A DNA stretch of 64,000 nt, from NCBI GenBank assembly GCA_964016885.1, contig OZ024740.1, forward strand, positions 84,940,001 to 85,004,000, in the 5' to 3' direction. The stretch comes from Eledone cirrhosa (lineage: Eukaryota). Both the position numbers and the translations under genes were made by a program. Position 1 is the first letter of the stretch. Every line of letters starts with the position of its first letter. Below the pieces are notes generated by a model. The model saw only the letters and a list, made by a program, of their open reading frames with translations, was not told where the DNA came from and did not search any database. Shown here piece by piece: positions 9,528 to 23,745 of the stretch.

Positions 9528-12500
9528 GTAAAAAGAAAAAAAAATCATCGTATTTATATTGATAGTTCGATTTTATCATTTATCGATCAACATTATCTAT
9601 AGAGGTTACGTTAGATATCCCATTGCATTTGTAAAATTTATTCTTAATTGTTAAATTTAAGCTTCAAAGAAGACCATATTTTATATCAATTTATTTTAAT
9701 ATGGATCGTTACTTTTAATTATTATCTCAGTCAAAATTAATTCTGGTTTTTGTTTCGATGTATGTAAATGTTGTATAACTTACGCTAACAAGATTATCTT
9801 TATTAAAGCGGCTTACGGTTTCGTTTTTTTTTTTCTTCAATTATGTTTATGCCAGAAATTAACAAAAAAGATCCTGTGTTAAACCCCGATATAAACATTG
9901 GTTTGCCTTTACCAAAACGGAAGAAAAATAAGAATCGAGTAAAGCAATGGAATAAGGAAAGAGTAAAACTTGAACAAGATTCACGGCTATTAAAATGTAA
10001 GTGCCTTCATTGAGACGAAATATAAATATTTTGATTTAAGCCATTTATATATATATATATATATATATATCAGGTTTGAACCAGTTTAAAACTAGTTAGA
10101 CCATTATTCAACAGACTACTCCGATACTTTGGTTAGTAGAGTATGGCTGTATTATTAAGAACTATGGCCCGACGGCTGAATTCTTGCCGTTTCAACAGCT
10201 AGTTCCAGTCTCTTTATAATATATATATATGTGTGTGTGTTTGTGTGTGGATGTTGAACTCACCTGCCTAGCCCATGAAAGCTAGACACACTTGACATCT
10301 GACTTCCCACAATGCCCAAAAGCACAAAATACACCCTGTATGCTATCTGGTACCACAACAACAAAAGCACCCAGTCCATCCTGAAAGGTAATCGACATGG
10401 TGACACAAGAATAAGCACCTAGTTCACAATGTTAGGTGGTCGTGCTGGTGACTCACAAAAAGCGCCCTGTCCACACTGTATAGTGGTTGTGTTGGTGACA
10501 TGACAAAAGTGTCTAGTTCACCCTTTAAGGTGGTTGTGGTGGTGCCTTGATAAAAAGTACCCAGTCCACACTGTCATGTGGTTGGCATTAGGAAGTGCAT
10601 CTAGGTGACCGAATTAGCAACGGAGGTGGGTGCTCAGAAAGTACAATAACTAGGGTAAGAACGGGATGGAAGAAGTTTAGGGAACTACTACCACTGCTAG
10701 CTGCAAAAGGCTTCTCCCTCAGAATGAAAGGCAGACTGTATGATGCGTGTATCCGAACAGCGATGTTGCATGGTAGTGAGACCTGGGCGCTGAAGGTGGA
10801 AGACTTACGTAGATTAGAGAGAAACGAAGCCTGCATGCTCCGATGGATGTGTAACAGTAATATACGTGAACGACAAAGCATAAAGGAATTGAGAGAGAGA
10901 CTGAGCATAAGAGGAATCAAATGCTGCGTGCAGGAGAGGCGGTTACGCTGGTATGGACATGTGATGCGTATGAAGGATGACAGCTGCATAAAAAGGTGCA
11001 GAGCACTAGAAGTTGATGGAAACCGCGGAGTGGGGAGACCCAAGATGACTTGGGATGAGGTGATAAAAGCCGACCTTACCCAACTACACCTCTCAAAGTC
11101 AATGACACACGACCGTGACTTCTGGCGTCACGCAGTAATACAGGGTACCCGACCTCCCATGGGTACATGCTGAAGCATATAAACAATATGCCTCCACTCC
11201 CCCCACCGCAAGGTGGTCGTGGAGGTGCCACGGCAAAAAAGCACCCAGCCCACACTGTAAAGTGGACGTGTAGGCGCCACGAAAAAGCACCCAGCACTCA
11301 CTGTAAATGAGGTTGGTGTTAGGAAGGGCATCCAGCTGTAGAAATCAAGCCAGATCAGTTCCTGTATGAGCAAGGCATGGTCAGCCGACCAGACACTGCC
11401 CACAAAAGGACAACCCGTCTAACCCATGCTAGCGTGGAAGAACGGACGTAAAACGGTGATGATGATGATGATGATCTAGCCATAGAAATCTAGCCAAAAT
11501 ACAGATCGTATGAGCATGACATGGTGTCTAGACCTGGACTTGACTTGTCACATAATGTGACAACTCATCTAACCCATGCATGAAACATGGATGTTAAATG
11601 ATGATGATGATGGAGACTTGCAGCTGGAGTAAAGCACCAGACAGAGGGTGACCTGGTGGTGGAACAGCACAGTAGAGGCAGCCATTGAAGCCAAGAGACG
11701 AGCATGGAAAGACTGGAAAAATGGGGGTAGTAGAGACCAGTACCAAGCAGCTAAGATACAGGTATACAGAGCTCAGAGAGAGAGGCTGAAGAAAGGCAAG
11801 TTGTCAATGTTTTGAGACGTGAGGATCAGAGGTGTGAAGTGTCCATTATTGCAAGGCAGTGTGTTAGTGTGAATCGAAATGTTGGGGGAAAATGTGTTAG
11901 AAATGACACTGGTGCACTTAGCACCACTGATGCCCAAAAGAAAGAGGCTTGGAAATGTTACTATGAGAGATTGATGAATGTAGAGAATGAATGGGAGGAA
12001 AAGAAACTACCCCCAACTTACCCAAAGGAAATGAGCTATTGAAGTTGATAGTTTTAGGGTCAAAGATGCAATCAAGGTGATGAAGAATGGTAAAGCTGCA
12101 GAACCATCAGAAAAAGTTGCTGAGATGCTAAAAGCATTGGAAGAGGTTGGAGTCAAACTAGTAACCTGTATAGTAAAACAAGCAATACATGACGGAGTCA
12201 TACCTAATCACTGGCACAGCAATGCAATCATAAATTGCTACAAGGGCAAAAGTGATGCTCTAGAAAGGAGCAACTATAGAGGAATAAAACTAATGGACCA
12301 AGTTATGAAAGTGACAGAAAGAATTATAGGGCTGCTAATTAGGGAAAGAGTCAATATAGATGAAATGCAGTTAGGTTTTATGTCTGGGAAAAGTACTACA
12401 GATGCCCTCTTCTTAGTGAGGCAACTAAAAAAGAAGTTCATAGACAAAAAAAACACTATATTTAGCTTTTGTTGATCTAGAGAAGGCCTCTGACAGATTA

Positions 12501-15500
12501 CCATGATGTATTATCTGGTGGTCCTTAAGGAAATTAGGTGTAGAAGAATGGCTTGTGAGAGCAGTGCAAGCTATGTACAGAGGAGCTGCCATAGGAAATG
12601 AGTTAAGTAAGGAATTCAAGATACAGGTAGGAGTTCAATTCTTAGCTGACTGCTGTTCATCATAGTTCTTCAGGCCATAATAGAGAAGTTTAAAATAGGC
12701 TGCCCATGAGAACTTCTCTATGCAGATGATTTCGGCTTTTTTGGTGAAACCAAAAGAGCTGGAAAATAAATTTGGATTATGGAAACTGAATTTGGAATCA
12801 ATAGGTCTGAGAGTAAAGACAGTACCCATATTCCCCCAGGGAAGTGGCCATGCTCAATATGCAGAAAATGAGTAGGCATAAACTCCATACAATGTACACA
12901 ATGTAAATCTTGGATACACAAAAGATGTAGTGGGATAACAAGTAGACTAACAGGAAGGAAGAACTTTGCTTTTAGAAGATGTGCAGGAAAAATCAAGAGG
13001 AAGAATGCTAATGATATAAACCTTTTCCAGTCACATGAAGGATCCATAGGCCTGGTTGATAGTTTCTGCTATCTGGGTGACCTAATTAGCGGTGGAGGAG
13101 GGCGTGTCGAGAGTATAATAGCTAGAATAAGGATAGAATGGAAGAAGTTTAGAGAACTACTCCCACTGCTAACAAAAGGTTTCTCCCTACATACAAAAGG
13201 AAGACTGTATGACGCCTGTGTGTAGTGTGCGATGCTGCATGGTAGTGAAACATGGACTGTGACCGCAGAGGATATGCGTAGACTGGAGAGAAATGAAGCA
13301 ACTATGTTTTGTTGAATGTGCAATGTAAATGTGAGAGAAAGGCAGAGCTTGGATGAGCTGAGAGAGAAGCTGGGTTTAAGAATCCAAGAGGGTGTGCTGG
13401 AGAGAAGACTGCATTGGTATGGACAATGACTGATGGGTGTAGAAATGCCAGGAAGTCGTAATAGAGGATGACCAAGAAAGACCTGGGCAGAAGTTGTGAG
13501 AGTGGACCTCATACAATGTTTTTGCCTTTACAGGGTAGACTGGGTGCTTTTTGTCATGTCACCAGCTCAACCACTTTACAGTGTGGACTGGACACTTTTC
13601 GTCATAGCACTATTACAACCACCTTACAGGGATGCTGTTTGTCATGCTATATATATGTATAAAATGTTTAAAAAATGGATCTCCATTGTTTTTGGATGAT
13701 GAGTGTTCCAAATTGATCAACTGAACATCTTACTCAATGAGTTAGCATGGAAGTGGTTGAATATTACACTGATACATGTACCCATGACTTAATTCTGTGG
13801 AAGAATCTGTGTGACTGTGTGACAAAGTGAAGTTTTGAATTACAGCAATTTTGGCTTCATTTCCATAAGATTAGATATGATATACCATGCCCCATTCCAC
13901 TGTCCTTGTTTTGGGTTTTTCGTTATGCATTAACATTATCAGTGCTTCATTTTTAAGTGCCAGAAGTGCAATGGGAATCCCCATGGATTGAAGCAATTGA
14001 TAAATTCTATTGGATTGAATGTCTCCTTGTCCAGTATGCCAGTGCTCTTGTGCTTTGAGATCTATCTTGTATTCTGCTTGAAGTAATACTCTCAGGTCTT
14101 GAATAATCGTCCACCCCCTGCTTATTAATTTATCAGATTCCCCCACCCCATGCTTATTAAATTTTGCTATTCTATCTCCAGCAAAATTTTATTTTAAGTG
14201 GTAGCATTCCTGCGACAATTCATTTTCTTTATACATTAAAAAACATTATACATGATCAAAAAAGTACATTACTAGAAATCTCATATGTTATGAAATAAAT
14301 AGGATGGATTTGGGTCTCAATATGTAAACTAAACGACTAATTCTGTTTTTTAAAAATCAACAGAGGCAACCTAGAAAAATTACAGATTTTCCAACCCCAC
14401 CCTGCTTATCCCCCTGCTTTCTATTATTTGGGACCCGAGAGTACATCAGCTTTGTCATCTTCAGAGAGCACAATTTTTTTCTTATGTTCTTTAATTTTTA
14501 CTTAGATAAACACATGACTTAATATTGTATTTTATTTATTTATGATTTATTTTAGTGGAAATCAATGCTGAAAAAGTAAGAGAAGAAACATTAAAAGAGA
14601 AATGGCCCACTAATATACACATACTAGCCAAACATTACGGAATATATCGAGATCTCTTTGATAATACTTATTTCTACCCTCAGCCAGTACTCAATGTTTT
14701 TTATGATTATGATGAAGAATTTATCACTGTAGTTTATAATGGAAACAAAATTCTCCCTTCTGAGGTAAGTAATTTTTTTAATGTATTCAAAATATGTTTT
14801 GATCTTAAACATAAAAAATATTTTGGTTATTTGCAAATAAATAACTCCCTCCTATCAGTCTTGGAGGTCCTGAAAAGAACAATAAGTACTGCCCTTCCTT
14901 CTCCAATTAACCAATAAAAAAGTAAATGAATGAAGTTATCATCATCATCATCATGACCAGTTAACATTTATTTTTCCATGCTTGCATGTGTTAGACAAGT
15001 TGTCAGACAATTTAAGTCAGGTGACCATGTCATGCTCACATGGATCTGTATTTGGGTGTGATTTCTATGACTGGATGCCCTTCCTAACACCAGTGTGGAC
15101 TTGGTGCTTTTTATCGAAGCAACAAAACGACCATCTAACAGGGTGAACTGGCTGCTTTTTCATCATGACACCAACATGGCAGCCTTACAGCCATGATCGA
15201 CTGGGTGCTTTGTTGTTATTGTAGTACCAGATCATTGTTTAGATAAATTTGAAAAAATGCAACCAGGAAAGTTCTAGCTTTGAAATAATTCTAGTGTTAA
15301 TTATTATTTAAAGACAAAGGATAAAGAAATGTTGAAGCAATTGTAGAAGTTTGGTCTTAATGAATTTTTTTTAATCATCTTCATCTTTTGACGTCCATTT
15401 TAACATGCTAGTATGGGCTGAATGGGTCTTTTCCAGCACAGCTTTCCTTCACCTGCATTCCTTCATTGTCTCCACTGCCCAGATCTTTCTTTACTGCAGT

Positions 15501-18500
15501 TTCTTTCCACTGGCATCTCCTAGCACTTTTCACCCAGCAACCATAATCTCTATGTGTCACATGTTCGTACCAGCGCAGTTTTCTCTTTTGCATATTACAT
15601 CTGATTCCTCATATAGCCAGCTTTTCTCTCAGTTCATCCAGGCCCCATTGTCATGCACACACTATCATTACACATCCATTGAAGCAAGTTGGGTTCCTTT
15701 TTCTCCAGCCTCCGTTTATCCTCTGCATTTACTGCCCTTGTTTCATTTCCTTGCAACATCACACTTCCTTCATAAAGAAAAACCTTTTGTTGTGAACAGA
15801 GGCAGTAGCTTTCTGAACTTTGTTCCATCATGTTCTTATTCTAGCTACTATACTTTCGGAGCAACCTTCTTCATTGCTAATTAGATCACCAAAGTAACAG
15901 AAGCTATCATCGACTTTTATAGAGCTTTTTCAAGATTGTATAATGTTTATTACACTGGGGCTCTTACTACTAACTACCCCTGTGCATCTCCTACATATAA
16001 AGTCTACTTGAATGTGAGTAAATAAAAAGGTTGAAGTTTGGCATAAGGTAAGCTTTGATTAAGTATAGTTACAGACACTCTCATGTTACTCTTGCCATCA
16101 AAAATGCTATGAACCAGTGATTAGCCCAAATGATGCTATTGTTCACCAGTTGTGATATAAAACACAGCCAGAGCTGACAGAAGATATACTTCATATGTGG
16201 CAGATCCACACTAGTTAGATGAAGCAAAAGTAAGCTGAGAAACATTGGATATAAGAAGAATCATGAAATATGCAAGAGAGGAGGGTGCTGGTATGGACAT
16301 GTGATGCATATGGGGGATGGTAGTTAAGTAAAAAAAAAAATGCCAATAGATCAAAGTGGAAGGAATCTGCAGAACTGGTGAATGAAATGACAAGAAGAAA
16401 TATGTTGTTCTGGAGAATATCTGTCCAACCCATGCAAGATTTGGAAAAATAGTGATGGTTATGATTAAATATAGAAAATATATGAATGTTTGTATGATTA
16501 ATTACTGCTTTCCTATGTTTACAGGTGTCTGTTGAACCATACATTAAGCTGAATGTACCATCTGAGGAAAATGACACTTTCTGGTCATTGCTATTGACTT
16601 CACCTGATGGACATCTGCAAGATAATACATTGGAATATTTGCATTGGTTTATGTAAGTGTTTTGCTATTTCAATTTAATCCATATCTTCTAACCCTTTCA
16701 GGACTACATTTCAAATGAAATACACTCTATTTCAATTTATTAATGAAACATTTTAAAGGATTTACTAGAATTATTAATTATTTCATTGCTAAGATAGTAA
16801 CTTAATGTAAGGTCTTATATAAAATTATGTTGGAAGATTTTGATTTAAATTGAAAACCTTTAAAATGGGTTGTTTTATTTCATAGAACTAGAGCCGGTTT
16901 TGGCTGGGTTGGTAACTAAAGGGTTAATATGTGTTAGACTTCCATTGTAACTTTGACCAACTTAACAACCTGCTTATGAAATGAACAAGCAAGTGGTTGA
17001 GTATTCCACAAACACATGTACCCTTAAAATATTTCTGAGAGTGATTCAGCATGAGACAGTGAGTGACAAGGTTGACCTTGTTGAATTGCAGGCACAACCC
17101 TGTTTTGCCAGCTGAGTGAACTGGAGTAATATGTACAAGGACACAATGATTTGATATTCACCCAACTTAGCTTTCTCTCTCTCTCTCAGTGTTGACCAGC
17201 AAGTTTTTGATCAGCTGCTGCTATTTTTAGCTTTCTATTTGCTTGTCATCATCATGTTTCAATGTCTGTCATCTTTGTTAGCAATGGTTGGACATGTACA
17301 GACTGTGTGTATTTTATTGTGGCACCATATGTTATAGATTAAAGGAAATGCCGATCTAATATAAAATGCAAATTTATTTCCACATGTCCTTCTTGCTTTA
17401 ATAAAATTTTCTGTGATGATAAGAATTACATAGAGAATTGCAGCTGGCCTAATTTCTGTCATCTTAGCTAATTGTGACCTTGACTCACAATAACTAAACC
17501 TACCTTGTAAACAGATACAATGAGAAAAACACTGTATACAGCTTCATTGGCCTTGTGCCTAAATCAGAAACCATTATTAGAGTTGTTGCTTATTTTTTTA
17601 TATTTTGAATTATTTTATAATCATCTGTTAAATAAAATCGCTAATATTTGAAATAATGTTTGTATTTTCCTATCTTCCTGCAGAGGTAATATTCCAAATG
17701 ACCAAGTTGAAAATGGTGAAATTATTTGTAATTATTTACCACCTTTCCCTCTTAGAGGTTCTGGATATCACAGATATGTGTTCCTATTGTATAAACAAAC
17801 CAAAAAATTAGATTTCTCCTCAGAAATAAGACCACCTAACTGGTATGTATTCTAGATGATACAGGGTGAGTCATAAGTAACTAGGCAGGTCATCATCATC
17901 ATCATTTCATTTTACGTCCGCTTTTCCCTGCTTGCAAGGGTGGGACGGGAACTGATTCTGGCTTGATTTCTACAGCTGGATGCCCTTCCTAACACCAACC
18001 TCATTTACAGTGAGTGCTGGGTGCTTTTTTGTCGTGGCACCTCCACGACCACTCTGCAGTGGAATGATAGGGACCCCAGTCCCTATCATCTCATTTCTAC
18101 AGCAGGTCAACATTTATATTCCAAATGATAATATTTACTAAAATTCTAGTCATATGTTACGAAATTATAAATACATCAAACAAAGGTAGTTAAAAAATAT
18201 ATAACCATGGCTGATCATGCACAAATAAGTGGATGTTCAAAAGGTTATCTGTGAACCTTGTAATAAAAATGCATTGACTGCCCGGTTACTTATGACTCAC
18301 CCTGTATTTTAATAAATTTTGTATATATTTTTATGAAACTAAAGTATGTATTAAGTTATAATATTATCTTGCCCTCACATACCGGAATTTCTGAAATGAG
18401 TAACTGTTAAATTAGTTTAAAATTTGACTGCTTTAATTTTATATGCATTACCATTTTCTTTCAAGTTACTATATTTTATAATAATAATAATAATGAAATA

Positions 18501-21500
18501 TTGTGTACAGTGCTCAAGTGCACTACAACTCATCAAAAAGTGTATGTATAGTACATAGGGTAATGTACAAACGTCAGGAAAATTAACAGTGCATGAGTCA
18601 TGATATACATGTGTGCATGTGTATGGAAGGGGTACATCAGGTGTAGTTTTGGCGAATTTCGGGAAGCATGAGGGTTTTAAAGGATGCAGTGTCTTGGCAG
18701 CTAACAACTGACGCAGGCAGTTTGTTCCATGCTTCAGCAACTCTGAGCGTGAAAAAATGTTTCCGAAAGTCATGGGAGCTGTGCTGTTTTCTGATTTGGT
18801 AGGCATGTCCACGTGTGTTCGACACATGGAGATCAAAAAGGTGCTCAGGGTTGTTGTTCGCGAGATGGTTAATAACTTTGTGGGTGTTTACCAAGTCCAT
18901 TGCCAGACGTCAGAGCTTCAATGAATCCATGCCCAGGGAAGCAAGGCGTTCAGAGTATGGTAGGTGTTTGATGGAGGGTATGCGCTTGGTTGCATGTCTC
19001 TGAACAGTTTCCAGGAGGTCAATGTTCTGAGCAAGATAGGGGTTCCAGACTGATGATGCGAATTCCAAGTGTGGTCGTACCATAGCTGTATACAGCTTTA
19101 AATAGATGGCTGGAGAGCGGCTAACAAAGGTCTTGCTGAGTAATGCCAAGACACCCTCGGCCTTCTTGACAATTTTAGAGATGTGCTTTGTCCAACGCAA
19201 ATCGCTGCTGACAGTAATGCCCAGGTCACGTTCACAAGAGGACTTCTTGATATCAGTGTTGTGGAGGGAGTATGTGGACGCTGGATTTTTCCTCCCAAAA
19301 TGCATGGTGGTACACTTGTCCACAGCCAGCTTCAGTTGCCAGTCTGTGATCCATTGCTGCATTGTGTCCAGGTCTGATTGTAGGAAAGAGTTTTCTAAGA
19401 AAAAGTAACCTCTCTGACCCTGCTAATTTCTGACATATCCCTACAAGTTTCTCAACAGTGATAGGAATAAGGGGAAATAACCACTGCTTTGATCAGCTTC
19501 AGTTTTTTTTCCCTCTTCAGAACCACTAGTACAGTTTCCTAAGACTCAGATCTACTAGAAATCTGATAGCATATATTATATATTAGTGGTCCTTCACCCT
19601 TGTCTGTTGTGACAGCCTTCTAATATAGTTGTCTATCTATAAACCCTACCTCTCTCTCATCTTTTTTCTTGAATTGTAATTTCCTGTCAGTGATTCTTAT
19701 TTTTTAATGTTTGTGTGGGTTGTATGAGTCTTCTTTAGCACATCTTTGTCGTGTTCCTCATCATCTCTTTGAAGTTCAGCATTCTAAGATCACCTTTCAC
19801 CAAATCTGCTCAAATTTTTCTTGGTCTTCCTCTTCTGCAGCTTCTTTCCACTTTGAGCTCCTGGCACTCCTTCACCTAACAATCATCATTCATATGTATC
19901 ATGTGTCCATTCCACTGCAATCTTCTCTCTTTCACACTGCATCTGATTCCTCTTATGCCTAGTTTTTCCTTCAACTTATTTGTGGTTCATTTTTCATGCT
20001 CACAAACGTTACCCATTCTCTACAATCACTTTCCAATAACTTAATTGCTCGATATGAGCCAAAGTCTAGAGGATCACCTTTTCCCTTATTCAGAGTAATG
20101 AGAGCACTCAACTCCCTCTGGAATGTGGTCTTCATTCACCACTAACTTCTTGCTGCTTTTAACATGTCCCACAACTTTTGTTGATCCTCTTGTCATTCCA
20201 CTCTGCATTCTCAATGCTTCTTCAACTTCTTCCCCAGCTAGCTCCTATGCTGGTCTGAAAACTGGATTGCTTTCTATGTTGCTATCCCATTCATTCTCCA
20301 CATTCGTTAATCTCTCCGAGTCTACAATTTTTCCTACTTAAGCCTTCAAGTAGTTCAGTTCTGTTTCTTTTGCTTGACTTTGCTCAGAATCAATTCATTT
20401 TCTAAACATTCTTCTAAGTGCCTCTTGTGCTGTTGCCACTTCTTTCTTTGCAGGCCTATTAGTAGCCTTATAACTCTGATGAGCTGACTCTTCTGTTCCC
20501 ATATCTCTTGCTCTTTGCCAAGTGTCTTGGTGGTCTTTTTATCCATCCACACACATCAACAGCTCCTTACAAATCATCTTTCAAAGACTTCCAAGCACTC
20601 TCAAGTTCATTTGTGTCATCTAACATAGTTTCTCTTTTAGAGTTTCCTTCACTATTGTTTCTTTTAATCTCCACACTTTCAACCTTAGTTGATATTTCCT
20701 CCATTAAGCTCTCCTTTCACCCTCAAGTCATCGACAACTAAATGGTGCTGTGTAACAACCTCTTTCCCTAGAGTTATCTTTGTATCATGAAGGTTTCTAC
20801 TATTTCGCCCACATAACCATTAGGTAGTTGACAGCTTTCAATAACCCATCAAATGTGTACATGACAAATTTGTCTTTTTTTCTAGAATTGGGTGTTACAA
20901 AATGACACATCAGCTCCATCAGCAAATTTTAAAATCCTTTCACTCTTGCCATTACATCATCCTAATACCCAACATGAACTCAAAACCATCTGTACGCCTT
21001 CCCACTTATCTTTTCAAATCCCCTCCTACCACAATAACTTTTATGTTTTCAATCATCTCTATTGCACACACAAAAATCAAGACACCAGTACCATGCACAT
21101 CTTCTGGATACCCTTTCTACACAAATTTGTACTTTTGTCCTTGTCTTCCCTTCCATCACTTCTTTTCCATCTTGTCTCCTGCACATAACATATGTCCACT
21201 CTTCCTCTATTCAGTGCCTCACTTCTCCCGATCTTGTCATCGTCCGTTTTCCATGTCCCAAACTTTATATGCCAGTCTCCACAAGGAACATCAGGCACTT
21301 GGCCATCATAAATGGACTGGACTCCTCCTTTACTTTAACTGAGATCCCCACCTAGAATTTTGGTGTAGGAAGATGGGTTCCCATCCCCCACCAACAGGTA
21401 TTTTAGGTTGTACCTTGCCCAGATGTTATACTTATCATGAGGTCCTTTTTGAAGCAATGTTTTATGACTGGATGCTCTTTCTAGTGCCAACTCTTTTAGT

Positions 21501-23714
21501 TGCCTCTTATGGCATTCAGAGAGAGTATACCTATTCTAAAACAGATACACACAAATGAGGACACTAGTCTGAATAATTATGTATATAATAATTCCTCATT
21601 TCAGAAATACACAAAATTTACTTCTTTAAAATTTAATACACTGTAACGCATAAAAAATGTAACAGAAGTTGCTTATCAAACTTAAAAATTAGTTTATAAA
21701 ATAGGATACTTTAATTTTTAATTTTTTGTTTTTCTAAAGCAAATCCCTTGAAGAAAGATCGTTCAAAAACCTTGATTTCTACAAAAAATTTCAAGATGAC
21801 TTGACTCCTGTAGGCTTACAATTCTTTCAAACTAAATGGGACAAAAGTGTTACCCAGGTTTTCCACAATATACTTGGTGAGTATTTTCTTTCATTCTTTT
21901 ACTAATTGCAGTTGTTAGATTGTGGCCATGCTAGGGCACCACCTTCTAAGGTATAGTTGATTGCCATCAACCCAACTACTTATATCAGCAACCCTAGAAT
22001 TACAAATGACAAAATAGATTTGGAGGGTATTTCGATGTAAATAAATACCACGAGGTATATTATATTTAGTAATTCTGTAATCCACATGGATGCAATATGA
22101 CCAGATGGCTTAGAGGTTCTCCTCGCAATCATTAAACCCACCAGTTTGAACCCACCATGTGGCATCTTGACCAAGTGTTATATGAGGTTTCTCTCATAAG
22201 TAAAGGTACTGATGTTTTATTTAAATGTGTGCTTTCTTTGGACCAGGAGAAATTTTTGTTTGCTACTTCCCACTTTGCTATTTTGTTCTGGATTGTACTC
22301 TCACACCCATTATTCATCTCCTGTTATTACTTTATTCAAGAAATTTGGTTCAATTTCAAGTCTTCTAGCAAGAAGGTGATCTCCGATAGTATCTCAGAAC
22401 CTTGTTCATGAGTGATGGAATGCAGGAGGCTGAATTAAGTGCAATAATTGTAGAAGCTGGTGCAACCATGTTAAAAAAGGGTCGAGAGGACTCTACAGTT
22501 GTGTCAAGGGCGCAACCTCTCTAGTACTGGTGCCACAATAAAATATATCCAAGTATACTCTGTAGAGTCTGGGAACATATGTGAGTTGCATCCCCTGCTT
22601 ATCTGGGTAGGCACTTGGTCTATGACGACACATCCAACTTTGTTAACAGAGGAAAACGGACGTTAAAAAGTGATGATGATGATAATTTTCTTGAATACAT
22701 TTGCATCTGATTTATTTTGACATTTCAGTTTAAAATAAATTTTTTTTTCCCTCTAACTTCAGAAATGCCGGAACCTTCGTTTGAATTTATTTATCCTGTC
22801 AGATATTTGCCACACGAGAAAAAATGGCCACATAAAAAGCCTTTTAACAAGTAAGTATTGTTTTTATTATGCTAATTAATAATTGTTTCTACTTTAGGCA
22901 CAAGGCCAGCAAATACCCAGTGCATTACTGGTACTTTATTTTATAGACCCCGTAAGGATGAAAGGCAAAATCAACCTCGGCGGGATTTGAACTCAGATCG
23001 TAAAGGGACGTAACTATGCTAGAAAGCATGGCGTCCGACACTCTACCGATACTGTTAATCCGGTTTCAAATTTAACCCTTTAGTTGCCAACCCAGCCAAA
23101 ATTGGCTCTGGTTCTATGAAATGAAACCACCCATTTTAAAGGCTTCCAACATAATTTTTTTATATAAGAACCTTACATTAAGTTACTATCTTAGTAATGA
23201 AATAGTTAATAATTTTATCAAATACTTCAACATTCTTCATTAATTAATTAAAATAGGGTGTATTTCATTGAAGATGTAGTCATAAAAGGGTTAACCAGAA
23301 GTGGAAGAGAGGCAGTTGTGAATCTGACCCAGTTATTTGTTTACGTACTCACTTTGCTATCCTAGTTAAAAGATACTCACTTGTTTTTCCCTGTTGTGTT
23401 GTCTCATATGCATCTTTCTGGTGGCTTATTCTAAGCCATCGTGCAACCTGGGCTCAGTATTATGCAATATCACCGTTAAGCATGAAATTAAAATTCCCAG
23501 TGGGTGGTTGATGACAAAGATAGATGCTTTTGTTCATTTGTCCCATGTATTTTTTCCACATGCAATTTTGCTATTTATTACAATTAACAGTTTAGAGAAT
23601 ACACAGTTTAACTTTTAAGCAGTTAGGTCCTGTGTTGAGCTTCGAAAATCCTTGCTGCAATGATTTTCATTAGATTTTATCAGTGCATACTCTTTCTATA
23701 TATAGAGATATGTT

Positions 23715-23745
<31 letters not shown>

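Noticed and set aside
14555-14917. Stand-alone 120-aa ORF
   Set aside because: It is MRPL38 exon 3 reading through into the intron past the GTAAGT donor at 14765.
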